Assembly (NCBI GenBank): GCA_964551375.1
Contig: CAZKBG010000001.1
Location: forward strand, 240,001 to 272,000
Direction: 5' to 3'
DNA: 32,000 bases
Source: an uncultured archaeon
GTDB taxonomy: Archaea; Iainarchaeota; Iainarchaeia; Iainarchaeales; JAAZKV01
Under the pieces are notes generated by a model. That model saw only the letters and a list, made by a program, of their open reading frames with translations. It made no database searches and was not told the origin of the DNA. The position numbers and the translations under genes were made by a program. How positions within the stretch are numbered: position 1 is the first letter of the stretch; each line of letters begins with the position of its first letter. Positions 8,186-16,844 of the stretch are shown here, piece by piece.

Positions 8186-9121
8186 ATGGCAAAAAAAAAA
8201 CAAGCAAAAGTGTCAAGAACAAGAGTTGCTAGAAGAGAAGTAAAGCAGGCAAGAAATGACTTTATGCTTGAAGTTAATCCAAATAATCTTCCAATTGAGA
8301 AGAGACTTTGGGCATTTTTAGAACTTGCAAGAATTGGAAACTGCATAATGGCAGGAATTGCAATATTAATCGGATTTTTTGTAGCAAGCGGATATGATAT
8401 TGGGCTTGCAACAATCGCAGCACTTTCAGGAATGCTTGTATGCGCAGCAGGACAGGCAATTAATGATTACTTTGACGCAAAAATTGACGCTAAAACTTCA
8501 AAGCATAGGCCGATTCCTTCCGGAAGAGTAACTCTTCATGAAGCAATGCTATTTTCAATTGGATTATTTATTTTAGGAATCGCGCTTGCATCCCAAATCA
8601 ATGTTGTCGCATTCTTTATTGCGTTAATAATGTCAATACTCCTTGCAGCATACCCTCTTTACATGAATAATGTGAAATTTATTGGAAATGCTCTTGTGGC
8701 GCTTGGAACAGCAATTACTTTTGTTTACGGAGCAGCAGCAGTATCAGGAAATATCCCGCCGCTTGTAATCGCGCTGGCTTCAACAGCATTCTTTGCCAAT
8801 ATTGCAAGAGAAATAACAAAGGATATTGAAGATGTGAATAAAGACAAAGGCGCAAAGAACACTCTTCCAATTATTATTGGAGAGTTTAAAGCAAAAGGAT
8901 TTGTTTTCATTTACTATTACCTTGCAGTTGCAGTAAGTATTTGGGTGTTCTTTGAGTACAGCCTGTCATTTGGGTATTTATTATTCGCAGCGCTTGGCTC
9001 AATTACATTCATTAATGCATCATGGCTGTTGTTCAAAAAACACGCTAAGAAAAGCCAGAGGATGTCAAAACTGGGGATGATTGCAAGCCTGTTAGCATTC
9101 ATCCTTGCGGGATTAAGGTAA
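8186..9121 (+). CDS. UbiA-family prenyltransferase, probable digeranylgeranylglyceryl phosphate synthase
   Basis: Archaeal-type UbiA protein with NDYFDAKID (NDxxDxxxD) and a second Asp-rich motif REITKDIEDVNKDKGAKNTLPI, plus repeated TM helices. Confidence 0.92.
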   Translation: MAKKKQAKVSRTRVARREVKQARNDFMLEVNPNNLPIEKRLWAFLELARIGNCIMAGIAILIGFFVASGYDIGLATIAALSGMLVCAAGQAINDYFDAKIDAKTSKHRPIPSGRVTLHEAMLFSIGLFILGIALASQINVVAFFIALIMSILLAAYPLYMNNVKFIGNALVALGTAITFVYGAAAVSGNIPPLVIALASTAFFANIAREITKDIEDVNKDKGAKNTLPIIIGEFKAKGFVFIYYYLAVAVSIWVFFEYSLSFGYLLFAALGSITFINASWLLFKKHAKKSQRMSKLGMIASLLAFILAGLR

Positions 9122-9212
9122 CATCCCTTAAAGCAGACATGTTTTTTGACTAATTTTTTGACAAAGGAAAAGATTTAACTGCACAACAAGCATATTTTAC
9201 ATCAGAATTAAT

Positions 9213-9842
9213 ATGATTAAGGCAATTTTCTTTGATTTTGCTGGGGTTCTTTCAAAAGAATACAGCATAGTAAGCGGATACTTTGTGCCTTACTATAAAC
9301 AACTTACTGAAGAAGTTCTAAGGGAAAGATATAGAAAAGGAAGAGATGGGGAATTAACATTTGAAGAAATTATAGAAGGCATTCCAGAAAGAAAAGTGTT
9401 TAATTATTTAGAAAAAGCGAAGCTTAACAAAGGCGCAACAGAAGCTCTTCAGGAATTATCAAGGCATTACAAGCTTTACATTGCCTCAAACCACCTCCCT
9501 GGTTTTTTTGAAACAGAAATAGAACACTTAGGAATCAAAAATTATTTTACAGATTTTTATATCAGCTATAGGCTCAAAATGCACAAGCCGTTAAGAGAAT
9601 TTTTTGAAAAAATGATTTCTGAATCAAAAATCAATCCAAAAGAAGCTATTTTTGTGGATGATGCATTGACAAACCTTGAAACCGCAAAAGCAATTGGAAT
9701 GAAAACTATTTGGTTCAACAATAAAAACAACGACAAAAGGAATGCAATTGAATACAAGCCGGATTATGAAGTAACAAATTTTAGAAAACTGCTTGAAGTA
9801 ATTGAAAGCATTGAGTTAAAATCTGAAAATCAAACGCTTTAA
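9213..9842 (+). CDS. HAD-superfamily hydrolase
   Basis: Motif I FFDFAGVLS, motif II YIASNH, motif III Lys HKPLREFF and motif IV IFVDDALTNLETAKAIGMKTI. Confidence 0.88.
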   Translation: MIKAIFFDFAGVLSKEYSIVSGYFVPYYKQLTEEVLRERYRKGRDGELTFEEIIEGIPERKVFNYLEKAKLNKGATEALQELSRHYKLYIASNHLPGFFETEIEHLGIKNYFTDFYISYRLKMHKPLREFFEKMISESKINPKEAIFVDDALTNLETAKAIGMKTIWFNNKNNDKRNAIEYKPDYEVTNFRKLLEVIESIELKSENQTL

Positions 9843-9886
9843 ATTAAAATAAAAAAGTTTTAAACCCCATAAATTATAAAGGTTAA

Positions 9887-10918
9887 TCAAAACCACTGAC
9901 TTAGGCTTCTTTGCTTTTCAATCTCTTCTCTTTTCTTAATAAAAGAATTAATTGTTGATTCAACCCTGTCTTTTGAAAAATCATGCTTCTCTACCAAAAA
10001 CTCTATCACTTTTTCTTTATTCGGCTCCCTTGCTTCAAGATCCTTAAGCGCAACATCCACGCTCACCGGGTTAAGAAACACCTGCGCGATTTCTTTGTAA
10101 TCAAAATCAGGCTCGTATTTTGTTTTTGCAATAATTTCCTCAAAGCTATTTGCTTCCTTTACTAATTTTAACGCGGTTTTTGGCCCAATTCTTGGAAACT
10201 TTTCATTAAAATCAGTTCCGACAAGCATTCCGAGCCAGATTAATTTTTCTCTTGACACTCCAAGCTGTTTTTCAACGCTTTCAAGCTCAATATGCTGGGG
10301 CTTTACTTCAACGTAAAAATTCTTTCCAGCAACTTTTCTTTTCCCTGTGATTCCAACATTTCTAAACAAATGATTTGCCCCAAAAAGCAGACAATCAAAG
10401 TCCTGGCTAACTACTCCAAACAACTGCCCCTTTGAAACCATTACACTTCCCTGAGCTTCCCCTTCCTGCGGAGCTTCAATTACAGGAATTCCCATGTGAA
10501 TTAAAAGTTCTTTTGCTTCGCTAATCATCTGAGGAGTCATTTTTAATGCGCGTGAGCCGAATTTTTGCGCGTCTTCTAAATTTCCTTCCTGCAAAGCATC
10601 TTTTGATTTTTTTTCAGCATCAGTTCTAACTTCTCTTCTCTTTCTAAGTGTTTCAGCTTTTAATTTTGAAGGAGCGCCGTCAAAAACATAAACAGGTTTT
10701 ACTCCAAGCTCAATTAAATTAAGAGTTCGGTAAAATAATCCTGTTAAATGAGAAGTAACATTCCCATGTGAATCAGCTAACGGCAAACCGTCAGGTCCGC
10801 GAATACTTGCAAGAAATTGATAAAGCATGTTGTAAGAATCAATTCCAACTTTTTTTCCCGACAAATAATCAAGCGCAATCTCTTCTTTCTCCACAAGCTC
10901 TGAAATATTTACTCCCAT
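9887..10918 (-). CDS. fen: Flap endonuclease 1 (FEN-1)
   Basis: MGVNISELVEKEEIALDYLSGKKVGIDSYNMLYQFLASIRGPDG...PVIEAPQEGEAQG...VVSQDFDCLLFG...GTDFNEKFPRIGPKTALKLV, with C-terminal PIP box QRSLSQWF. The first 34 residues of the listed ORF are probably untranslated. Confidence 0.97.
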   Translation of the reverse strand: MGVNISELVEKEEIALDYLSGKKVGIDSYNMLYQFLASIRGPDGLPLADSHGNVTSHLTGLFYRTLNLIELGVKPVYVFDGAPSKLKAETLRKRREVRTDAEKKSKDALQEGNLEDAQKFGSRALKMTPQMISEAKELLIHMGIPVIEAPQEGEAQGSVMVSKGQLFGVVSQDFDCLLFGANHLFRNVGITGKRKVAGKNFYVEVKPQHIELESVEKQLGVSREKLIWLGMLVGTDFNEKFPRIGPKTALKLVKEANSFEEIIAKTKYEPDFDYKEIAQVFLNPVSVDVALKDLEAREPNKEKVIEFLVEKHDFSKDRVESTINSFIKKREEIEKQRSLSQWF

Positions 10919-11158
10919 AAAAACACTGTAATCATTAGCTTTGAAAGCATTTAACTTACTTTTCAAACTGTAAAAAATGAATAAAATCAAACAAATCCAG
11001 AATATAACTAATAATTCCACAATTGACGAATATAATTTATAGAATGTATTTTATATCGTCAAATGTTAAAGTACAATAATAAATTTCCCAAATAGAGCTT
11101 TAAATGCAAAATAACTCACATAAACTCAAAAATGCCGCTAACTAACCATATGCATAAG

Positions 11159-11168
11159 TTTATATATA
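11159..11168 (+). promoter_or_regulatory. TATA box upstream of candidate ncRNA
   Basis: tttatatatagg; no ORF starts downstream on this strand. Confidence 0.6.
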
Positions 11169-11187
11169 GGGAATAATACAAATTGTT

Positions 11188-11357
11188 CTACCCGGAAAAA
11201 TTTAGAATTAGGTAAGCAGGTGAGCCTACCCAATTCAAGGGCAAAACAAAGGTTTTGCAAGAGTCCAAAAACATAACTCTCTTAGGTCTCGGCAGAGTTG
11301 CCGAGGCCAATATCTCTATTTTCATCCCTCGGTAATTTTTTGCCCAAGAATTTTTTT
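11188..11357 (+). ncRNA. Candidate structured non-coding RNA, family not recognised
   Basis: TATA ~25 nt upstream; stems gaatt/aattc enclosing ggtaagc/gcctacc (11205-11236, one mismatch), gcaaaac-aaag-gttttgc (11241-11258) and ggtctcggca-gagt-tgccgaggcc (11285-11308). Possible long-range gggcaaaa (11239-11246) with ttttgccc (11338-11345), followed by ttttttt. Boundaries are estimates. Confidence 0.6.
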
Positions 11358-11411
11358 GAAAGTGTTTTATCCAATTTAGATTAGCCTTTTTCCAGAGAAA
11401 TTAGGATTAAT

Positions 11412-12044
11412 TCAAATTTTTTCAGCGATAATAGTAGTTGTTCTTATTGTATTCCAAAAGCCAAGCCTTGATTTTGAAGGTCTTAACTGCCTGTCAAAGT
11501 CAAAATGAAGAATCCTAAGTTTTTTATGCGCAGTAAATATTTTCAACGCATCAACTTTCACAACTTCCCCTACATCGCCTATTTCGTTGCAGTATTTTAG
11601 AATAATTACTCCTCCAGGTTTTACCCAGCTGATTAATCCTTCAATTGCTTTAACTTGATGATGTTTTGGAATCACTTCAATTAATCCCGAGCTTAATACC
11701 AAATCATATTTTCTTTTTTCTTTGCACACATCAACAAAATTAGATTTCTCTGCATTCACAACAACATTTTCTTTTTTTGCATATTCAAGTATTCTATTTA
11801 CACCAGACCGCGCAATTTCGATGGCGCTTGTTTTGTAACCAAGTTTTGCAAGAGGCACCGCGTATCTTCCGTTTCCAGAGCCGACATCAATTGCAGTTAT
11901 CTGCGAGCGATTATTTTTCAGAATTTTAGCATAAGAAATTAAAGTTTCAGTCGGAGCGCCAAATGAATGAGCAGAATCTTTCCAGAAGCTATCCCACCAA
12001 GCTTCCTCATACATTTCCTTTCCTTTTGCTCCAATTCCTACCAT
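11412..12044 (-). CDS. Class I SAM-dependent methyltransferase-like protein
   Basis: Motif I AIDVGSGNGRYAVPLAKLGYKTSAIEIA, YDLVLSSGLIEVI, and ISWVKPGGVIIL. Confidence 0.85.
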   Translation of the reverse strand: MVGIGAKGKEMYEEAWWDSFWKDSAHSFGAPTETLISYAKILKNNRSQITAIDVGSGNGRYAVPLAKLGYKTSAIEIARSGVNRILEYAKKENVVVNAEKSNFVDVCKEKRKYDLVLSSGLIEVIPKHHQVKAIEGLISWVKPGGVIILKYCNEIGDVGEVVKVDALKIFTAHKKLRILHFDFDRQLRPSKSRLGFWNTIRTTTIIAEKI

Positions 12045-12109
12045 TATCCATCAGCCAATTAATTGCACATATTGATTATTTGATATATACAAAATATATA
12101 CCGACTATA

Positions 12110-13753
12110 TTAAGCAATCATAGTTAAATAAGGTATCATATTAAGCACAAGCGCTGCTAAAAGAATCCAAATAAATATTCTGCCTATTAATACCTGTGTT
12201 TCTTTCTTATTCATCCCCATAAATGCAAAGTAAGGCAATAAAATTATTTTTGCCATTCTGCCACCGTCAAACGGATCTGCCGGGAAATAATTAAATGAGC
12301 CTGCGGCGAATGCAATCACAACAAGCAGCAGAAGAATCATTGTAATATTGCTGATTATAAACTGCTGAAGCATAATTCCAGCATCCACTTCATATCCTGT
12401 CGGAATTGCGCCAAACTCAGCCCCTATTTTTTTCAAACCAAAATCTTCAAACTTGTGAGGAGTAATTGAAACATTCACATCATAAGGCATATTTGTATCC
12501 TTTGCAAGTCTGGTAATTGTAAAATTCAAATCTCCTTTTGATTTTGCAAATATTGAAGTCACCAAAGAAAGCGAATTAATATCCACCCCGTCAAGCTTTT
12601 TTATCACATCCCCTACAAATAATTTTCCTTTTGCAGGAGCGTTAATATCAGTTCCGCAAAATGAAACAACATCATTTACTTTTGCAATCATAACCCCGTC
12701 ATATGTTTTTGAATATTCGGAATTAATGTTTGAAATTAAAGGAGTTACTGCGAATGAAAATACAAGAAGAACAGCAAGAGCTATTGGAATTGTGAGCAAA
12801 TTGCTTGCAGAGCCCGCGCTAAGCACCATTAATGATTTTCTATCATCAAGAGAATCAAATGTTTTATCATCCTGCTCAACAAAAGCGCCAAGAGGAATAA
12901 TTCCTGCAAGAAGAACCCCTACTGATTTTATTTTTTCCTTAAAATAAACCATCATTATTCCATGGCTGAATTCATGAACCACAAGAACTATCACAAGCGA
13001 AATCCAGCCCACAAGAGGAATTGGAACACCCATCCCCGGAATTGGAGCGCCTGGAATTACAGGAGCAACAGCGGGGCACAATTGCTTTGCAGTGAATAAG
13101 CTTTGCACTGACATTATTCCGTAGCCGAGAAGAATCATTAACGACATTCCGCCAAAGCCAAGGAAAACAAAAGCAACTAAAGAAGGCCAAAATAAAGGTT
13201 TAAGGATTGGAACTGAATAAACAATTTGCATTGTGAAGAAAAATAATAAAGCAAGAACTACTGCTGAAAATAATAAAATTGTGGCTCTCTTCCCCTGCGA
13301 GATTTTTTCCCCAAGTTCTTTTCTTCTATGATAAAACCAATAATCAACGCCCGCAATTCCAAATCCCAAAAACATTCCGCCAAGGCACACATATTCAAAC
13401 CATTTTGCATGATGCGCTATGCTTTTTATAAAATTAATAAAATGCCTTGTCTTCATCATTGTTAAAATATATTTCCAAATAAACGGCTGTGCAAAGTCAA
13501 ACCTAAGCCAGAAGGCATTAATTGCAATAACCATTCCGCCAATCCAAAAGAGCCACTCCCAAGAGCCTCCAATTCCCCATGAAGATACTAAAAAACCAAG
13601 CAGAAATAATGCGATTCCAAAAATCAAGAATTTATTTAATTCATCAATTGAAGGCTTAACGTAATGAGCGGGCTTTTTCTTTTTCACTTCAGCAGCTCTT
13701 TGCTTAAAATGCTCTTTTCCGGATAAAGGAACTTGTTTTGATTTCTTTGGCAT
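12110..13753 (-). CDS. Site-2 protease-type membrane metalloprotease (M50) with PDZ-like insert
   Basis: HEFSH zinc motif (VVHEFSHGIMMVYF), FNYFPADPFDGGRM, multiple TM helices, and PDZ-like GKLFVGDVIKKLDGVDI. Confidence 0.92.
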   Translation of the reverse strand: MPKKSKQVPLSGKEHFKQRAAEVKKKKPAHYVKPSIDELNKFLIFGIALFLLGFLVSSWGIGGSWEWLFWIGGMVIAINAFWLRFDFAQPFIWKYILTMMKTRHFINFIKSIAHHAKWFEYVCLGGMFLGFGIAGVDYWFYHRRKELGEKISQGKRATILLFSAVVLALLFFFTMQIVYSVPILKPLFWPSLVAFVFLGFGGMSLMILLGYGIMSVQSLFTAKQLCPAVAPVIPGAPIPGMGVPIPLVGWISLVIVLVVHEFSHGIMMVYFKEKIKSVGVLLAGIIPLGAFVEQDDKTFDSLDDRKSLMVLSAGSASNLLTIPIALAVLLVFSFAVTPLISNINSEYSKTYDGVMIAKVNDVVSFCGTDINAPAKGKLFVGDVIKKLDGVDINSLSLVTSIFAKSKGDLNFTITRLAKDTNMPYDVNVSITPHKFEDFGLKKIGAEFGAIPTGYEVDAGIMLQQFIISNITMILLLLVVIAFAAGSFNYFPADPFDGGRMAKIILLPYFAFMGMNKKETQVLIGRIFIWILLAALVLNMIPYLTMIA

Positions 13754-13870
13754 GTAAAAAAATATGCTCTAAAAGGTTATAAATAAACGCATTTTATTTT
13801 GCGCATGACACAAAATGCCTTATTTTCAACCCATAGAAAGTATTTAATAAGCACAAAACAGGAATTACTT

Positions 13871-14581
13871 ATGCCTTATGCATTTGCAAAAGAAGTCCTG
13901 AAAATGAGGGCGCTTTGGGGAAGAAAACAACCTGTTCTAAAAATTGTGAGCCAACATTTTGGTTCGACAAAAATCACAAGACTAAAAAAAGTTTTTGAAA
14001 ACAAAAAGCAAAAAGGGGTTATTGCAAGCATCAAGCACGGGGAAGCGCACCCAAAATCCGAAACCGTTACATTAGCATATTACCCAAGGTCGGAACATAT
14101 GCCGATGTTTGCGATAGCATCAAGCCACACTCTGGCAGGCGCTCCAGGGCACATGCTTCCAGGCTCAGTCGGCTCAATTGAATTTAATGAAATGCACAGG
14201 CATGGAAAATCCGAAATTAGAATTAGTTTTATGCAGGCGCATTTTAAAACAGCTTTATCAAAAACAGAAATGGAACTACACAGATCAAAAAGCAGAATGA
14301 ACACCGGAGTCCTCCCAAGAGCGCTTGCCACAAAATACGGCGGCTGGAGAAACAGGCTTTTACAGGAAATATTCTCAAGGGCAAAATCAAAAAAAGCGGA
14401 TGTTGTAATGTTTGACTATGACCCAAAAAGATGGGAATCAAGAGCCGCCACAATCAATGCAAGAATAAGGGTTTTTACTGAAATAGCTGAAAAAAACGGA
14501 TACTTGGTGGAAGTTAAAAAGGCAATAGGAATCGGGATGCACCACAGAGAAATTGAAATTCGTGCAACGCTTAATAAATAA
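13871..14581 (+). CDS. Hypothetical protein
   Basis: The internal ATG at 13871 (MPYAFAKEVLKMRALWG...) is the likelier start. The frame is long, but no family is recognised. Confidence 0.6.
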   Translation: MPYAFAKEVLKMRALWGRKQPVLKIVSQHFGSTKITRLKKVFENKKQKGVIASIKHGEAHPKSETVTLAYYPRSEHMPMFAIASSHTLAGAPGHMLPGSVGSIEFNEMHRHGKSEIRISFMQAHFKTALSKTEMELHRSKSRMNTGVLPRALATKYGGWRNRLLQEIFSRAKSKKADVVMFDYDPKRWESRAATINARIRVFTEIAEKNGYLVEVKKAIGIGMHHREIEIRATLNK

Positions 14582-14584
14582 ACT

Positions 14585-16588
14585 TTATTCAACCTTGCTT
14601 CCGACTTTTAAGTCTTTTTCAGGCGAAAGAAAAGCCACTTTTTCATCATTTCCCTCAACCGCTGCAAGAATCATTCCATTGCTTTCAACTCCGCGAATAT
14701 TTGCAGGAGCAAGATTTGCCACAAAAATCGCTTTCTTTCCAATTAAATCCTCTTTTGAGTAATGCTTCTTAAGCCCGGCAACAATTGTCCGGGGCTCGCC
14801 TTCATTAATATCAACTTTGAGAACGAAAAGCTTGTCGGCTTTTGGGTGGTCATTTACTTCAAGAATTTTTCCAACCTTTAAATCCAGCTTTGCAAAGTGC
14901 TCATAAGGAAGTTTTGATAAATTCACAACATCAGTCAGCCCGGCGCATGCCCCGCTTGATGCTTCTTTTGAATTATTCTTTGGTTTAGCACTTGACTCAG
15001 CCACCTTACCGCCTCCAGCAGAAACTTCCTTGCTTAATTCAACTTTCTTAAATAAAATATCGGCTTTTTTTACTTTTGAAACCTTCAAAGGCTTGTTCAA
15101 CTCATCCAAATTTAATTTGAAGTTAAAAACATCAGCAATTTTTTGAGAAGTTGAAGGAATGAACGGACTTAGGAGAATTGAAATATCCTTAATTGCATTT
15201 GAGGCCTGCCAAAGCACTTTCTTATCTTTAGTTTCCCAAGGCTTCTTTGACTGCACAAATTCATTTACCTTATCAATGCAAGCAAATATTTCATTTAATG
15301 CTTTATCAAACTCAAAATTGTCAATATGCTTTTTTACTGAAGCAAAAACTTCTTTGGAATCAAAAATACTTGAAGTATCTTTGCCATCGTTGCCCGCTTC
15401 AAGCCCGTATTTTTCAGCAAGAGTAGAAACTCTGCTTACTAAATTCCCGAGTTTATTTGCAAGCTCGGTGTTATGTCTTTCGCAAAGAGAGGTTTCGCTA
15501 AACTCCCCGTCAAGCCCAAATGGTGTTGAGCGGAAAATAAAGTATCTAATTGAATCCGTCCCGTAAGTGTTAATCAAATAATCAAGGTCCATAGCATTTC
15601 CAGCTGATTTTCCTATTTTATTCCCTGCACTGCTCCACCACCCATGCGCAAATACGCACTTTGGCTGTTCTATTCCTGCTGAGAAGAGCATTGCCGGCCA
15701 AATCACTGAATGAAACCACAAAATATCCTTTCCAACTAAGTGAACATTGCAAGGCCAGAACTTTTCAAAGAGCTTTTTGTCTTCTAAATATCCAATTCCT
15801 GAAACATAATTAGTAAGAGCATCAAACCAAACATAAGCCACATGTTCTTTATCAAATGGAAGTTTAATTCCCCATGATTGATTCTTTCTTGAGATGGATA
15901 AATCCTTCAAACCCTCTTTTACCCTGTTCAAAATTTCATTTTTCTTCTCAAGAGGAAGGATAAATTCAGGATTTTTCTTGTACAACTCAAGGAGCTGCTT
16001 TTGATACTTGCTTAATTTGAAAAAGTAAGATTCTTCAGCAATTTTTTCAATAGGGCGCTTATGAATAGGGCAAATCAAATCAGGAGCATCCTTTTCAGTG
16101 TAATACGCCTCGCAATCTGAACAATACAGCCCTTCATATTTTCCCTTGTAAATATCCCCTTTTTTGTAAACAACTTCAAGAATGTACTCAACAAACTTTT
16201 TGTGATCCTCATCGCTTGTTCTAATGAACCTGTCATAATTAATATCAAGCCTTTTCCAAGCGCCTTTAAATTGAGGAATAATTTCATCCAAAAACTGCTT
16301 TGGAGTCTTGCCTTCTTTTTCAGCGGCTTTAATCACTTTTTTTGTGTGCTCATCAGTGCCTGTTAAAAAATAAACTTCATCTCCTTCAAGTTTATGCCAT
16401 CTTGCAAGTATATCAGCAGCAATTGTAGTGTAAGCCGAGCCAATGTGAGGCTTGCCTGAAGGGTAATAAATCGGAGTAGTAACGTAAAAAGCACCATTTT
16501 TATTTTTTGAAGTTTTTGAAGTAACTGCTTTTGCAGTTATTTTTGGAGCAATTGCCTTTGAAGTTAGTTTAGCTTTAGGTACGAGTAC
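14585..16588 (-). CDS. metG: Methionyl-tRNA synthetase with C-terminal tRNA-binding domain; start codon unresolved
   Basis: Upstream extension of the listed ORF encodes GAFYVTTPIYYPSGKPHIGSAYTTIAADILARWHKLEGDEVYFLTGTDEHTKK. Downstream are the zinc knuckle LYCSDCEAYYTE...ICPIHKRP, AHGWWSSAGNKIGKSAGN, and the EMAP-like domain FAKLDLKVGKILEVNDHPKADKLFVL. The frame is open to 16588 (TGA 16591-16589) with no ATG/GTG/TTG before GTG 16336. Confidence 0.92.
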   Translation of the reverse strand, partial: VLVPKAKLTSKAIAPKITAKAVTSKTSKNKNGAFYVTTPIYYPSGKPHIGSAYTTIAADILARWHKLEGDEVYFLTGTDEHTKKVIKAAEKEGKTPKQFLDEIIPQFKGAWKRLDINYDRFIRTSDEDHKKFVEYILEVVYKKGDIYKGKYEGLYCSDCEAYYTEKDAPDLICPIHKRPIEKIAEESYFFKLSKYQKQLLELYKKNPEFILPLEKKNEILNRVKEGLKDLSISRKNQSWGIKLPFDKEHVAYVWFDALTNYVSGIGYLEDKKLFEKFWPCNVHLVGKDILWFHSVIWPAMLFSAGIEQPKCVFAHGWWSSAGNKIGKSAGNAMDLDYLINTYGTDSIRYFIFRSTPFGLDGEFSETSLCERHNTELANKLGNLVSRVSTLAEKYGLEAGNDGKDTSSIFDSKEVFASVKKHIDNFEFDKALNEIFACIDKVNEFVQSKKPWETKDKKVLWQASNAIKDISILLSPFIPSTSQKIADVFNFKLNLDELNKPLKVSKVKKADILFKKVELSKEVSAGGGKVAESSAKPKNNSKEASSGACAGLTDVVNLSKLPYEHFAKLDLKVGKILEVNDHPKADKLFVLKVDINEGEPRTIVAGLKKHYSKEDLIGKKAIFVANLAPANIRGVESNGMILAAVEGNDEKVAFLSPEKDLKVGSKVE

Positions 16589-16614
16589 TCACCATAATAA
16601 TTGACGATTAATGA

Positions 16615-16623
16615 GTATTTAAA
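16615..16623 (-). promoter_or_regulatory. TATA-like element upstream of metG
   Basis: Minus strand ttttaaata centred ~24 nt before ATG 16595, consistent with a leaderless transcript. Confidence 0.55.
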
Positions 16624-16756
16624 ATAATCATTTAGAAGAGTGTAAAATAATAACCAAAATATGCACTTTCCCCCTAATCACGCCAAATCAACAGAAATTA
16701 AGGCAAGATAGGCAAAGGCAGTTTATATTTTTTGAAAAAGCATTGGAGGGAAAGGG

Positions 16757-16818
16757 AGACTCCCTTGTTTAGGGGGAGTCTTCTTCCCGTTAAGAGGGGT
16801 AAGAGGGGAACTCTTACC
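16757..16818. other. Two adjacent hairpins 3' of ftsZ
   Basis: agactccc (16757-16764)/gggagtct (16774-16781), and ggtaagag (16798-16805)-gggaa-ctcttacc (16811-16818). Confidence 0.6.
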
Positions 16819-16844
16819 TTGTTTGAAACTATACTACTTACTAT

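Noticed and set aside
9887-11020. N-terminal TM-like extension of FEN-1 (MELLVIFWICLILFIFYSLKSK...).
   Set aside because: FEN-1 proteins begin with MGV-type N-termini at ATG 10918, and the DNA upstream fits a promoter/leaderless start better than a membrane anchor.
11188-11357. Assigning the candidate ncRNA as SRP RNA, RNase P RNA or 5S rRNA.
   Set aside because: It is too short for typical archaeal SRP or RNase P RNA, and I could not find their conserved motifs (for example the RNase P GGAAAGUCC/ACAGAA segments or the SRP helix 8 loops). It was left unassigned.
14585-16336. Reading MetRS as an N-terminally truncated enzyme.
   Set aside because: The class I signature region (PHIGSAYTT) is present upstream in the same frame. 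Only the start codon is missing, not the catalytic domain.
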